From: Bacteroidales bacterium
GTDB taxonomy: Bacteria; Bacteroidota; Bacteroidia; Bacteroidales; WCHB1-69
Assembly (NCBI GenBank): GCA_017964755.1
Contig: JAGCRI010000130.1
Span: 1 to 63,720 of the forward strand
Length of the DNA stretch: 63,720 nt
Reading direction: 5' to 3'
Part shown: in pieces, positions 42,026-49,998 of the stretch
Position numbering within the stretch: the first letter of the stretch is position 1
Layout of the letters: each line of letters begins with the position of its first letter
The notes under the pieces: model-generated
Databases searched by the model: none
What the model was told of the DNA's origin: nothing
Seen by the model: only the letters and a program-made list of their open reading frames with translations
Translations under genes and position numbers: made by a program

Positions 42026-43049
42026 AACTAATAATCATTGCCTCCATAAGATATTTTGGATTAGAATCATATTTGATTTCTGTTTTGATATTTAGAAGTA
42101 AATCAAGAACTTTCTTTGCTGCTGCAAGCTCTTCCGGATCATTATCAAACAGTTCAACAAACCAGTCTAAAAAATCCTCAATTTCAACCGTCTGCGGAAC
42201 TAACAAATAATCAAAAGTTTTTGTTAAATAATATTTCAAAATATCTGAAACAAACCAGCAAAAATCATCAACAAACTGCTTCAAATCAACTCCATCTGAA
42301 TATACTTTTTCAATCAGACGCACCGCATCATCAGTATCATTATAGTACAGATTTTCAAATAAATCAATATATGTTTCATAACCGACTGTTCCAAGAGCCT
42401 TTACTACATTATCAAGCGTCAAATCTGGTGAATAAGAAAGACACTTATCTAACAGTGTAATTGCATCACGCATACCGCCGTTTGCTTGCTTTGCTATGAA
42501 TTCAAGTGATTCTGCGTCGAAAGTGCTATCTATATATTCCTGCCTAACAATATATTCCAATCGCTGCTCAATTTCCCAATTCTGCATTCGCCTAAAATCA
42601 AATCGCTGACAGCGTGAAAGAATTGTTTTCGGAATCTTCTCTGGATTCGTTGTGCATCCGATGAAAACTGTTTTTGCTGGCGGTTCTTCAATCAGCTTCA
42701 AAAGAGCCGCCCAAGCACCGCCTGACAGCATATGCAACTCGTCAAGAATAAACACTTTATACTCGCCCGCCATGCTCTGCATCTGTGCTTGCTTTGTCAG
42801 TTCTCTAATATCATCTACACTGTTGTGAGAAGCTGCATCGAGTTCAATCGGACTTCCAATTCCTTTATTCAGCTCATTTGCAAAGATTCTTGCACAGGTC
42901 GTTTTACCGCATCCAGCAGAACCAATAAACAGGTATGCTTGCTTTATTTCATTGTCTCGTAACTGGTTCTGCAAGATTCTTACTGTAGCAGACTGCCCGA
43001 CCACATCTTCAAATTTTTTTGGCCTGTATTTTACCGCTAACGAAATCAT
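42015..43049 (-). CDS. dnaX: DNA polymerase III gamma/tau-like clamp-loader ATPase
   Basis: YRPKKFEDVVGQ, Walker A GSAGCGKTT, Walker B ILDELHML and the SRC motif TILSRCQRF. Confidence 0.8.
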   Translation of the reverse strand: MISLAVKYRPKKFEDVVGQSATVRILQNQLRDNEIKQAYLFIGSAGCGKTTCARIFANELNKGIGSPIELDAASHNSVDDIRELTKQAQMQSMAGEYKVFILDELHMLSGGAWAALLKLIEEPPAKTVFIGCTTNPEKIPKTILSRCQRFDFRRMQNWEIEQRLEYIVRQEYIDSTFDAESLEFIAKQANGGMRDAITLLDKCLSYSPDLTLDNVVKALGTVGYETYIDLFENLYYNDTDDAVRLIEKVYSDGVDLKQFVDDFCWFVSDILKYYLTKTFDYLLVPQTVEIEDFLDWFVELFDNDPEELAAAKKVLDLLLNIKTEIKYDSNPKYLMEAMIISYGE

Positions 43050-43243
43050 TTTGTTTCACGCTCCTTCAGTTTTCTAATAAACGCACAGCAGTCGTCGCAA
43101 ACAGGAAACACACCGATTTGATGTCCGCGTTCAGCGGCAATGCGTTCGTCTTCGGTTAATGCAATGAAACCGCCGCAAATTCGGCAGTAATAACCAACCT
43201 GCCACGTACCTGTGTTGATATACACCATCGAAACATTAGGCAT
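43046..43243 (-). CDS. Small zinc-ribbon protein
   Basis: ATG 43243 lies 10 nt after AAGGAG. Motifs CRICGG ... CDDCC. Confidence 0.4.
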   Translation of the reverse strand: MPNVSMVYINTGTWQVGYYCRICGGFIALTEDERIAAERGHQIGVFPVCDDCCAFIRKLKERETK

Positions 43244-43535
43244 TAGCTGCACGCTCCTTTAACGCTTGTTCTGCGGCTTCATAGGTGAGAAAAACGGTTT
43301 TTCCAAACTTTCCGTATCCTCCGTGCGTAATACCCGAATTTCTAAGCTGAATTTCCAAGCCATCGCGCCCGATATAAAAGCCTTCACAAGTTGTATTGAA
43401 TATGGAATCATATCTAACTGTTAATCCTTTGTGACGCGAATCAAGAACATATACAGTGTCTCCAATCTCACACGGTAGACCAATGATTTGTGATTTTTTC
43501 AACTTGTAAGATTTATTAACAAGTTCACTGCTCAT
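43236..43535 (-). CDS. Hypothetical protein ending in the ..EAAEQALKER.. motif
   Basis: ORF with RBS GAAGGA. The start was chosen at MSSELV. Confidence 0.4.
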   Translation of the reverse strand: MSSELVNKSYKLKKSQIIGLPCEIGDTVYVLDSRHKGLTVRYDSIFNTTCEGFYIGRDGLEIQLRNSGITHGGYGKFGKTVFLTYEAAEQALKERAANA

Positions 43536-43722
43536 ATCCATCCTTCTTTCTATATTGGCAACAAACTCTATACCGCTTTTCACCAAGTTCATTTAATTCT
43601 TGCTTTGTGGTTTCTTCTTGCCAAAAGTCCATAAGTAGGTCTGCAAGTTCTTCGGAGTAGAAATGATCTCCGCAGTTTGCGAAGAAGTCGTCTAAAAACC
43701 TTGACAGCTTTTCAACATTCAT
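43525..43722 (-). CDS. Hypothetical acidic protein
   Basis: 65-aa ORF with an ATGA overlap to the upstream gene. Confidence 0.4.
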   Translation of the reverse strand: MNVEKLSRFLDDFFANCGDHFYSEELADLLMDFWQEETTKQELNELGEKRYRVCCQYRKKDGYEQ

Positions 43723-43958
43723 TTTTCATTACGCTCCTTTAATGCTTGTTCGGCTTCTTCACGGGTGAGCCAGTATTGCGGCTTCTCCATTTCGAGTATA
43801 TTTGCAACAATCCACGCATAAGTAGGTGCAATACACTTTGTGACCTTGTAATGATAGACGCAAAAGATGCCTCCACAGATAATACAGTTAAACCCTATGT
43901 CGATATTTTCCAGTGTTTTAAGGTTCAGTACCACACGCTCATCATCAAAGAATGTCAT
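43719..43958 (-). CDS. Hypothetical protein ending in the ..EEAEQALKER.. motif
   Basis: 79-aa ORF with an ATGA overlap to the upstream small ORF. Confidence 0.4.
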   Translation of the reverse strand: MTFFDDERVVLNLKTLENIDIGFNCIICGGIFCVYHYKVTKCIAPTYAWIVANILEMEKPQYWLTREEAEQALKERNEK

Positions 43959-44134
43959 TGTTCATCCTCCAGTTCAGACTTACTCCCAGAAAACAACCGA
44001 TTCAAAAATGCGCTTCCAGAGTTCCTATTATTTTCTCGTTCCATTCTAATTTTTTCTCTGATAACACTGCATACGAGTTCAGCCACCAGAAATATGGTAG
44101 CGCAAATAATACTTGTGATCCAAACACTATTCAT
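43955..44134 (-). CDS. 59-aa membrane protein (hand-called)
   Basis: RBS GGAGGA 7 nt upstream. Translation: MNSVWITSIICATIFLVAELVCSVIREKIRMERENNRNSGSAFLNRLFSGSKSELEDEQ. This ORF fills an otherwise empty gap. Confidence 0.5.
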   Translation of the reverse strand: MNSVWITSIICATIFLVAELVCSVIREKIRMERENNRNSGSAFLNRLFSGSKSELEDEQ

Positions 44135-44137
44135 TGT

Positions 44138-44341
44138 TTATTCCTCCGTCGATAATACATAAACGGCAAACTGACAATTTTCGCCATTCATTATAATTGT
44201 TTTAATCTTGTAGCCCATCTTTCGCAAATCATAAATAATAGCTCCAAGTCGAGTTGTGCCAAACAACTTAAACGCTTGCCAATTTGTAATGGAATTTCCA
44301 TTTTGCAACCATTTCAACACGTCTGCTCTTTGACCTTTCAT
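44138..44341 (-). CDS. Winged-helix DNA-binding protein
   Basis: ATG 44341 follows GGAGGA. ..SITNWQAFKLFGTTRLGAIIYDLRKMGYKI.. fits a common phage wHTH pattern. Confidence 0.45.
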   Translation of the reverse strand: MKGQRADVLKWLQNGNSITNWQAFKLFGTTRLGAIIYDLRKMGYKIKTIIMNGENCQFAVYVLSTEE

Positions 44342-44541
44342 TTTGTGATTCCTCCCCAAAGTTCAATTTTTTCGGTTTCGGTTTCGATTTCCCAATAGTT
44401 ATTATTAATATGAATCGCAAAAGGCGAATCGTCTTGTTCATCTACGCTAATAGACAAATATGTTGTTTCTTGGCTGAAATCCTTTGCCAACTTGTAAATT
44501 TCTCTTACAAGTTCAAGCATTTTCTTTTCTTGTTCTTTCAT
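44338..44541 (-). CDS. Hypothetical acidic protein
   Basis: 67-aa ORF with RBS GGAGGA. Confidence 0.4.
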   Translation of the reverse strand: MKEQEKKMLELVREIYKLAKDFSQETTYLSISVDEQDDSPFAIHINNNYWEIETETEKIELWGGITK

Positions 44542-44870
44542 TGGTTTTCCTCCGCTTCTTTTAATTTTAAAAATGTTTTTTCATCTATGACATAGTACCT
44601 TGTACCATTATCACCGAAATCAAATACCAGCGCATTATACTGCCTATTCATTGCAAATGCTTCTTCAGCATTCTTTTCAAGCCATTCTTTTTTAATGGAA
44701 AATGACTTGCTTTCACTTGTTTTTGTTTTTGCTTCTATAGCCCATTGATCTGTGACAATATCTGATTTTTGAAATGGTGTAGCTCCACTGTTTGATTGCT
44801 GCTTGCCGCCAACTGCCTTTGCAACTGCTTTTTCCTGCTTGTCCGAATAGAATCTTGTTGGCTTATTCAT
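44538..44870 (-). CDS. Putative PD-(D/E)XK nuclease (resolvase-like)
   Basis: SDIVTDQWAIEAKTK provides a D...ExK arrangement. 110 aa. Confidence 0.4.
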   Translation of the reverse strand: MNKPTRFYSDKQEKAVAKAVGGKQQSNSGATPFQKSDIVTDQWAIEAKTKTSESKSFSIKKEWLEKNAEEAFAMNRQYNALVFDFGDNGTRYYVIDEKTFLKLKEAEENQ

Positions 44871-45120
44871 CTATACCACAAATCCTTTCCGCTGCTATAA
44901 ACCTTGCTCCGAACCAATCTACGGAAAGAAGATTCAAATCATGCACGTTTTCAATTGGATCAATCAAAATATTTGCGCCGTGAATTCGACTAAAATCAAA
45001 CAATGGGTTATTAAGCTCATTGCCGCCGTAAATAGTGTTCTGTGAGACACGATACATTTTACCAACGGTCAATTCCAGCAAAATACCGGAATCGACGCAA
45101 ATGACATAAAACTCACTCAT
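44863..45120 (-). CDS. Hypothetical protein
   Basis: 85-aa ORF with an ATGA overlap to the upstream gene. Confidence 0.4.
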   Translation of the reverse strand: MSEFYVICVDSGILLELTVGKMYRVSQNTIYGGNELNNPLFDFSRIHGANILIDPIENVHDLNLLSVDWFGARFIAAERICGIDE

Positions 45121-45410
45121 GCTGTTACCTCCCTCTTTTCTACTTGCTCCGCTGTAAAGAATGCGGCATTGACAAGAACAAGGTGATTATTATCGGCTTC
45201 TTCTGCGCTCAAATTAGCGTCTATTTCGCTTTCTTGCTCTTTCTTAGCATACTTTACTGGCTTCCAGATTTTCGTCTTAAAAACGGCTTTTTCGCCTTTT
45301 TTAACGCTATATCCACGCCGCTTCCAACCTGCAAAGGTATTAACTACTTCCGTCATTGGATCAAGATTTGCAAGTTTCATAGCTCCTACGATAATTTCGA
45401 TGTTTGTCAT
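45117..45410 (-). CDS. ArdC-N (DUF1738)-like ssDNA-binding domain protein
   Basis: ATG 45410 lies 8 nt after AAGGAG. ..TFAGWKRRGYSVKKGEKAVFK.. resembles the ArdC N-terminal domain signature. Confidence 0.4.
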   Translation of the reverse strand: MTNIEIIVGAMKLANLDPMTEVVNTFAGWKRRGYSVKKGEKAVFKTKIWKPVKYAKKEQESEIDANLSAEEADNNHLVLVNAAFFTAEQVEKREVTA

Positions 45411-45450
45411 TTTTAACACTCCTTTTATTTATTATGCAACGCTGTAACTT

Positions 45451-45663
45451 TCAAGCGTTCTGTTTTAAGCAAAGCTCTTTTGCTTCTTTAAGTGTGTTTC
45501 CATAACCTAAGAATTTATCTTTGTAACCAACAAGACGATTGAGTCTATACCATTCTTCTTTTTCCTGTAAATCCGTCACAAACCAAACACCGGACATGCG
45601 TTCAATCTTAAAGCGACGATCTTCTGAATAATAATTACCTAAACTATCTCTTGTGAATTTCAT
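45451..45663 (-). CDS. Hypothetical protein
   Basis: 70-aa ORF with RBS AAAGAGG. It is the first gene after promoter 45701..45729. Confidence 0.45.
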   Translation of the reverse strand: MKFTRDSLGNYYSEDRRFKIERMSGVWFVTDLQEKEEWYRLNRLVGYKDKFLGYGNTLKEAKELCLKQNA

Positions 45664-45700
45664 CTTTTTGTACCTCTTTCTTTTTTGTTTTTGTGCTTTA

Positions 45701-45729
45701 ATTATATACTACCTTTTTCAAAAAGTCAA
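45701..45729 (-). promoter_or_regulatory. Sigma-A-type promoter (family member)
   Basis: The reverse complement reads TTGACT-17 nt-TATAAT. Its context is nearly identical to 59940..59968. Confidence 0.65.
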
Positions 45730-45757
45730 TAGTTTTTTCAAAGTTTTTTATAAAAAT

Positions 45758-45791
45758 ATCAAAAAAGTTTTGAGCCGAACTTAATCGGCTC
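45758..45791 (-). terminator. Terminator-like hairpin at the 3' end of the GIY-YIG gene
   Basis: GAGCCGA-UUAAGU-UCGGCUC, then AAAAC and UUUUUUGAUAUUUUU. The stop codon lies in the loop. Confidence 0.5.
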
Positions 45792-46584
45792 CATTCATTG
45801 CTTTATCCACCTGTTCTTCTGCTAATTTCTTTTTTAATTCAAGTGTTTTTCTCCTTGCTTCTACGCGCTTTCTAACGTGTTCAGGAGATTGCTTTCCAAG
45901 CGGCTTTCGCGGACCGCGCATTTTTTGCAGCGATTCTTCTGTATGATGCTTTCCATAAAAATGATTTAATTCACCTTTATTTATATCACTTAAATGCTTC
46001 TTAGCTTCCTCACTAAGATGCTTCCCGTACATGGGATTATCTTTTCCAAAAAACCCCTTACCATACATTGGATTATCCTTTCCACAATGTTTACCTTTTC
46101 CAGCTTCTGATATTTTTCTTTTTGTCTCTTCCGAATGGTGTTTCCCTAAATTTATTTCTCTCAATCTTTGCTTCTGATCTTCCGAAATCGGTCGCCCTTT
46201 AAATGCGGCACTTAATTTTTTCCTTGTTTCTTCCGAAACAACTCTTCCTTTAGATGCCTGCGCAAGTTTTCTTTTTGTTTCTTCAGTATGATGCATACCA
46301 AGCGCGCTGCAATCACCACCATCAGATATATTATATCCAAATTTTGGATTTTGTGTATTATAGATTTTAATTAAAAGCTGCTCAAGATCACACGCAGCTT
46401 CTTTTGACAAATCAGTAGCCAAAATAATATGTTCTATATTTTCCCAACCATATTTTTTAACTGCGCGCCCGAATAATTGTGTTTGATATCCGCGCCCGCT
46501 TGCCCATCTTTCCTCCACAGCCATTGATGTTAAACCAATATACTTTTTACCACTCGGTGTAATGTGCATATAAACTGTATACAT
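45781..46584 (-). CDS. GIY-YIG homing endonuclease with NUMOD3-type repeats
   Basis: MYTVYMHITPSGKKYIGLT..RW..GYNISDGG (GIY-YIG core) followed by 5+ HHTEETKRKL-like repeats. Confidence 0.8.
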   Translation of the reverse strand: MYTVYMHITPSGKKYIGLTSMAVEERWASGRGYQTQLFGRAVKKYGWENIEHIILATDLSKEAACDLEQLLIKIYNTQNPKFGYNISDGGDCSALGMHHTEETKRKLAQASKGRVVSEETRKKLSAAFKGRPISEDQKQRLREINLGKHHSEETKRKISEAGKGKHCGKDNPMYGKGFFGKDNPMYGKHLSEEAKKHLSDINKGELNHFYGKHHTEESLQKMRGPRKPLGKQSPEHVRKRVEARRKTLELKKKLAEEQVDKAMNGAD

Positions 46585-46596
46585 AATTCTCCCCAA

Positions 46597-46703
46597 TATA
46601 AAAATACACCGCAGGAGTATATGGGTCGAGCATACACTTTTATACCTGCGATGATTCTAACATATTTTAAAGTTTTGCGTAAGTCTCGACCTCTTACTCT
46701 TAT
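46597..46703 (-). promoter_or_regulatory. Structured 5' leader of the GIY-YIG gene with interleaved helices
   Basis: Helix A is GGUCGAG (46691-46685) / CUCGACC (46630-46624). Helix B is CGCAGGUAUA (46650-46641) / UAUACUCCUGCG (46621-46610), followed by GUGUAUUUUUAU. Confidence 0.35.
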
Positions 46704-46732
46704 ATTATAACAAATAAATTCAATTTTGTCAA
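46704..46732 (-). promoter_or_regulatory. Sigma-A-type promoter serving the GIY-YIG gene
   Basis: The reverse complement reads TTGACA-17 nt-TATAAT. Confidence 0.65.
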
Positions 46733-46735
46733 GTA

Positions 46736-47770
46736 TTATCGATTATTTATTGCATAATCTATTTGTTTTTCAAGCGATTTTAAATACTCTATATTCTCTT
46801 CGACCTTCAAATATTCTTTAACACTTTGCATACCTTGAAGTTTTTTAATAATTTCGCCAGTTTCAAAATCAATTAAATTATACCACGCTCCTGCCTTTTG
46901 CACAAAATCAAATCTTATTGCAACATCAATCAAATCCTTAATATAATCAATACCGTCAGCGTATGTCAATGTATAAAATCCAACACGCGCGACCGCGGGA
47001 CACGTTTTGTTCTTTGTCATTGACATCATAACAATATTACCGGCAGGGCTTTCAGCACTTCTTGTTAATTCATTTCCTTTTTCGTCGATAAACTTTCCCC
47101 GGCTGAATCTTAATCTAACTGAGCAAACATGCTTCCACGCTTTTCCTCCCGGAGTTGTCGTGCCGCCCCAAGTGCTATTCAAATCTTCGCGCTCTTGGTT
47201 GATGCCGATACCCGTGCATTTATGCTTTTGCATAAGCATTTCAATTTTCTTGCTGAAGAGCGTCAACGGTTTCGCGATACCACCATATGTTTTGTCCTCC
47301 ATCGTCTTGTCATATTCCTGCTGTGACATGAGCACTCCAAGACTATCAAGAACCCACAGACCAACCTCGCCACTATCTACAAAGTCGCAAATAGCTTGAA
47401 AGATGTTTTCTGCTGACTGTGACTTCGGCTGTAAAATATACATATTATCAACATCAACACCGAGCTTTCTTGCCCAGTCCGCGTCAAGCGTATTCTCAGC
47501 ATCAACATACAGAACAGCTCTTGCATCTGGCATTTGCTGATAATTAGCTACAATATCCAGTGCCGAAGTCGTTTTACCGCCGTGTTCTTCCCCATAAAAC
47601 TCTGTAATTTTACCCACAGGAATGCCACCAAAGGTACAATAATTCATTCGTGGAGAAGTAAATGGAATTCGCTGATAATTAAAACCATTCAAACCGAGCG
47701 TAATGATTTCTTCCTTTGCATTTTTATTTAACTGTTTACAAAGCTCATCAAGTTTGCTGCTCATCCGCAT
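46736..47770 (-). CDS. RecA-family recombinase (UvsX/RadA-like)
   Basis: Walker A GEEHGGKTT, Walker B-like LWVLDSLG, and an overall RecA-core layout. Confidence 0.65.
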   Translation of the reverse strand: MRMSSKLDELCKQLNKNAKEEIITLGLNGFNYQRIPFTSPRMNYCTFGGIPVGKITEFYGEEHGGKTTSALDIVANYQQMPDARAVLYVDAENTLDADWARKLGVDVDNMYILQPKSQSAENIFQAICDFVDSGEVGLWVLDSLGVLMSQQEYDKTMEDKTYGGIAKPLTLFSKKIEMLMQKHKCTGIGINQEREDLNSTWGGTTTPGGKAWKHVCSVRLRFSRGKFIDEKGNELTRSAESPAGNIVMMSMTKNKTCPAVARVGFYTLTYADGIDYIKDLIDVAIRFDFVQKAGAWYNLIDFETGEIIKKLQGMQSVKEYLKVEENIEYLKSLEKQIDYAINNR

Positions 47771-47925
47771 TATCCGCCTTTATAATAAAATTTTCCGGAA
47801 CAAGACCGTTTGTTATATTATATTCGCAATATAAATCGTATAAGATATCTGATTTATTGATATGAATAGCTCTCACCATTACAGGAACCAAAACAGTCTC
47901 GCCAACATCAAATTTTGTTTTCATA
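47749..47925 (-). CDS. 58-aa small protein (hand-called), a paralog of 47908..48096
   Basis: RBS AGGAGAA. MKTKFDVGETVLVPVMVRAIHINKSDILYDLYCEYN.. parallels KFYPGQQVYLPVRVLEVKFLEHGQILYKIKCCVN. Confidence 0.5.
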
Positions 47926-48096
47926 CATTTCTCCTAACTCGCAAAGTTGATCCTCTGTATACCAATGGTCTTCCCAATCATTTACACAGCACTTTATTTT
48001 ATAAAGAATTTGACCATGTTCTAAAAATTTTACTTCAAGTACCCTAACAGGCAAATAAACCTGTTGTCCGGGATAAAATTTACTTTCCAATGTCAT
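47908..48096 (-). CDS. Small SH3-like/beta-rich hypothetical protein
   Basis: 62-aa ORF with a paralog immediately downstream. Confidence 0.45.
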   Translation of the reverse strand: MTLESKFYPGQQVYLPVRVLEVKFLEHGQILYKIKCCVNDWEDHWYTEDQLCELGEMYENKI

Positions 48097-48737
48097 AATT
48101 CTGCAATCTCCTTCAAATATGGCAATTCAAGTAACTTTTCAATCAATGTAGTCCACTCATCCAGCTTGTGTCCTATGCGCTGCTTGATAATTGTTAAAGC
48201 GTTTTCATAGTTCATTGTGATTGTTCTTTTCTGATTATAACTTGACGGTAAAAGCTGAACAAGCTGCCACCAAGTATCTTTATCCTTCGTCTGATTGTAC
48301 CCAAAACGAACAACATTCAAATATTTAATCAAATCTTCAAGAACAAAGACCGATTTATAATTTAAATGCTCAGTTGAAAAATCACTCAGTTCAAACGGTT
48401 TTGCCGTTAATTTGTGCATTGTGCTGCAACTATTTGCAACCGTTCCGACCTTATAGGTGTCAAACTCTTTCCACCAGTAAAACGGTGCTGTGATATCCAA
48501 GCTAATAAAAATCTGGCGCATAAACTTCCGATGCTCAGGACCAGCTTTGCAAAGTTTCTGCATTAACTCAAGATCCTTCTCACCGAGAAAAAACTGATAA
48601 TCTGCTGTTTCGAGCGTTTCCGCATCCTCGATATGCGTCTTGTAGCTGTCGGACTTCGACCAGCTATTCATTGGATTTCTCATTCCACGAATAGCGTGTT
48701 CAAATCCCCATACTTCGACATTTTCAACTTTCAACAT
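48093..48737 (-). CDS. ThyX-fold protein lacking the canonical RHRxxS/SxRY motifs
   Basis: PEHRKFMRQIFISLDITAPFYWWKEFDTYKVGTVANSCSTMHKL aligns by eye to the ThyX segment H..PFEH..FTF.V.APIFVARQW.RHR..S...S.RY. Confidence 0.45.
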   Translation of the reverse strand: MLKVENVEVWGFEHAIRGMRNPMNSWSKSDSYKTHIEDAETLETADYQFFLGEKDLELMQKLCKAGPEHRKFMRQIFISLDITAPFYWWKEFDTYKVGTVANSCSTMHKLTAKPFELSDFSTEHLNYKSVFVLEDLIKYLNVVRFGYNQTKDKDTWWQLVQLLPSSYNQKRTITMNYENALTIIKQRIGHKLDEWTTLIEKLLELPYLKEIAEL

Positions 48738-49029
48738 TTGCTAATTCCTCCTTAACATCTTTGGTTAGCTGTTTAACACAGGCTCTTTCAAATCCATAAT
48801 CCATATTAACTCGCAAATCTTCTGCATACTGAATATACCACTTTGCTTTCTCAATATCTTGGTGCCAAGAATTACCTTCCTTTTCTCCAGCACGATAAAT
48901 ATATTTATAGGCACTTAAAAGAGCGAAAATTTCTGTGTAATATTTACCAAACTGCTCTTCCATTTCCTTAATGCATTCTTTTCGCCCTTCTTTCTGATAA
49001 TGCTGCGGATGATTTACTGCTTCACTCAT
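48724..49029 (-). CDS. DUF3310-family protein
   Basis: NHPQHYQ..ECIKEME...LSAYKYIYRAGEKEG...DIEKAKWY fits the DUF3310 pattern. Confidence 0.55.
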   Translation of the reverse strand: MSEAVNHPQHYQKEGRKECIKEMEEQFGKYYTEIFALLSAYKYIYRAGEKEGNSWHQDIEKAKWYIQYAEDLRVNMDYGFERACVKQLTKDVKEELANVES

Positions 49030-49523
49030 TTGCCGCTGCCTCCAATCCTTGTTAGATCGCTTTCCTGCATGCGCCGTGAAATGACCTTTTTCACGCTCTG
49101 TAGCAGTTCCTGCCCGTTCTCAATCTTGCTTTTCATCATCTTGTATGCTCTTGTATAAGCAGACGAAACGATGTATTCTTTACGAGCATTTAATTCTGCA
49201 ATACTGTCTTTATCCGCAACTGTTCCTCCATCAAGTCTGGAACGTGTTTCATTATAGGTTTCTTTGTAGAGGGCCTTGCCCATATCATCCCGAATACCAA
49301 GTTGCTCGCACATACCGCCTGCAAAATAAAGATAAGTTGACAAGTTCAAGCAGAAATCATCTAATTCAGCATCTGTAGGTGGATTTTCGCCGTCTTTAAG
49401 ACAATCTTTGATAAATTTAACATACATATCAAGGTCCTTGCAATAAGGCTTTATAATATCAAACGCAAGTTTTTCAATCTCACCTGAATTCGTCTCAACT
49501 TGTTCTTTAATCTGTAAAATCAC
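49026..49523 (-). CDS. Hypothetical protein
   Basis: 165-aa ORF overlapping its neighbours in operon style. Confidence 0.45.
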   Translation of the reverse strand: MILQIKEQVETNSGEIEKLAFDIIKPYCKDLDMYVKFIKDCLKDGENPPTDAELDDFCLNLSTYLYFAGGMCEQLGIRDDMGKALYKETYNETRSRLDGGTVADKDSIAELNARKEYIVSSAYTRAYKMMKSKIENGQELLQSVKKVISRRMQESDLTRIGGSGK

Positions 49524-49996
49524 AACTTTGCAACCTCCTCCACGAAATCTGATAAATCATAATCAAAGAAAACTCGTTTCTTTTCGCCTTTAATTTTTAA
49601 AACTTTATATGGCGGATAAGTGAACAAGTCGTATCTAATACTTTTCAACCCTTCGTTTTTTAAATCATAAAGCATTTGGATTGGAATAAATAATGTTGTA
49701 TCATAATCTATCCACCAACATAGAATACCCGCAAAAACACCTTTGATCTTGCTTTTTTCCAACAGCCCGCTCCATTGACCGTCTGTAATATTGGAAAATC
49801 TAAAGTTATTTCCTCTCGTTGTCTTACACTCTACATACACCTCATACGGTTCTTTATAAACAACGAAATCTGAAACATTTCGACTTCCGGCAAATCCGCT
49901 CATTTGATCGTGAAAGCGGTCAATAGAAACTCCGGGAACCTTGCGAAAAGCGTCTTTAATAACCGTTTCAAACTGTTTTCCACGATTCTCTGCCAT
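49520..49996 (-). CDS. recU: RecU-like Holliday junction resolvase
   Basis: ATG 49996 follows AAGGGGG. SDFVVYKEPYEVYVECKTT ... GLKSIRYD parallels the RecU segment D..G.Y.G.YIDFEAKET ... GRKSIR. Confidence 0.55.
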   Translation of the reverse strand: MAENRGKQFETVIKDAFRKVPGVSIDRFHDQMSGFAGSRNVSDFVVYKEPYEVYVECKTTRGNNFRFSNITDGQWSGLLEKSKIKGVFAGILCWWIDYDTTLFIPIQMLYDLKNEGLKSIRYDLFTYPPYKVLKIKGEKKRVFFDYDLSDFVEEVAKL

Positions 49997-49998
49997 TA

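Noticed and set aside
45781-46735. Group I intron hosting the GIY-YIG gene (and similarly the HNH gene at 1129..1754), given the structured flanking RNA
   Set aside because: The flanking genes (RecA-like 46736..47770, 45451..45663, organizer 308..1129) are intact with their own starts and stops. No split exon is visible. The structure lies between a promoter and the RBS, so it is a leader and not an intron core.
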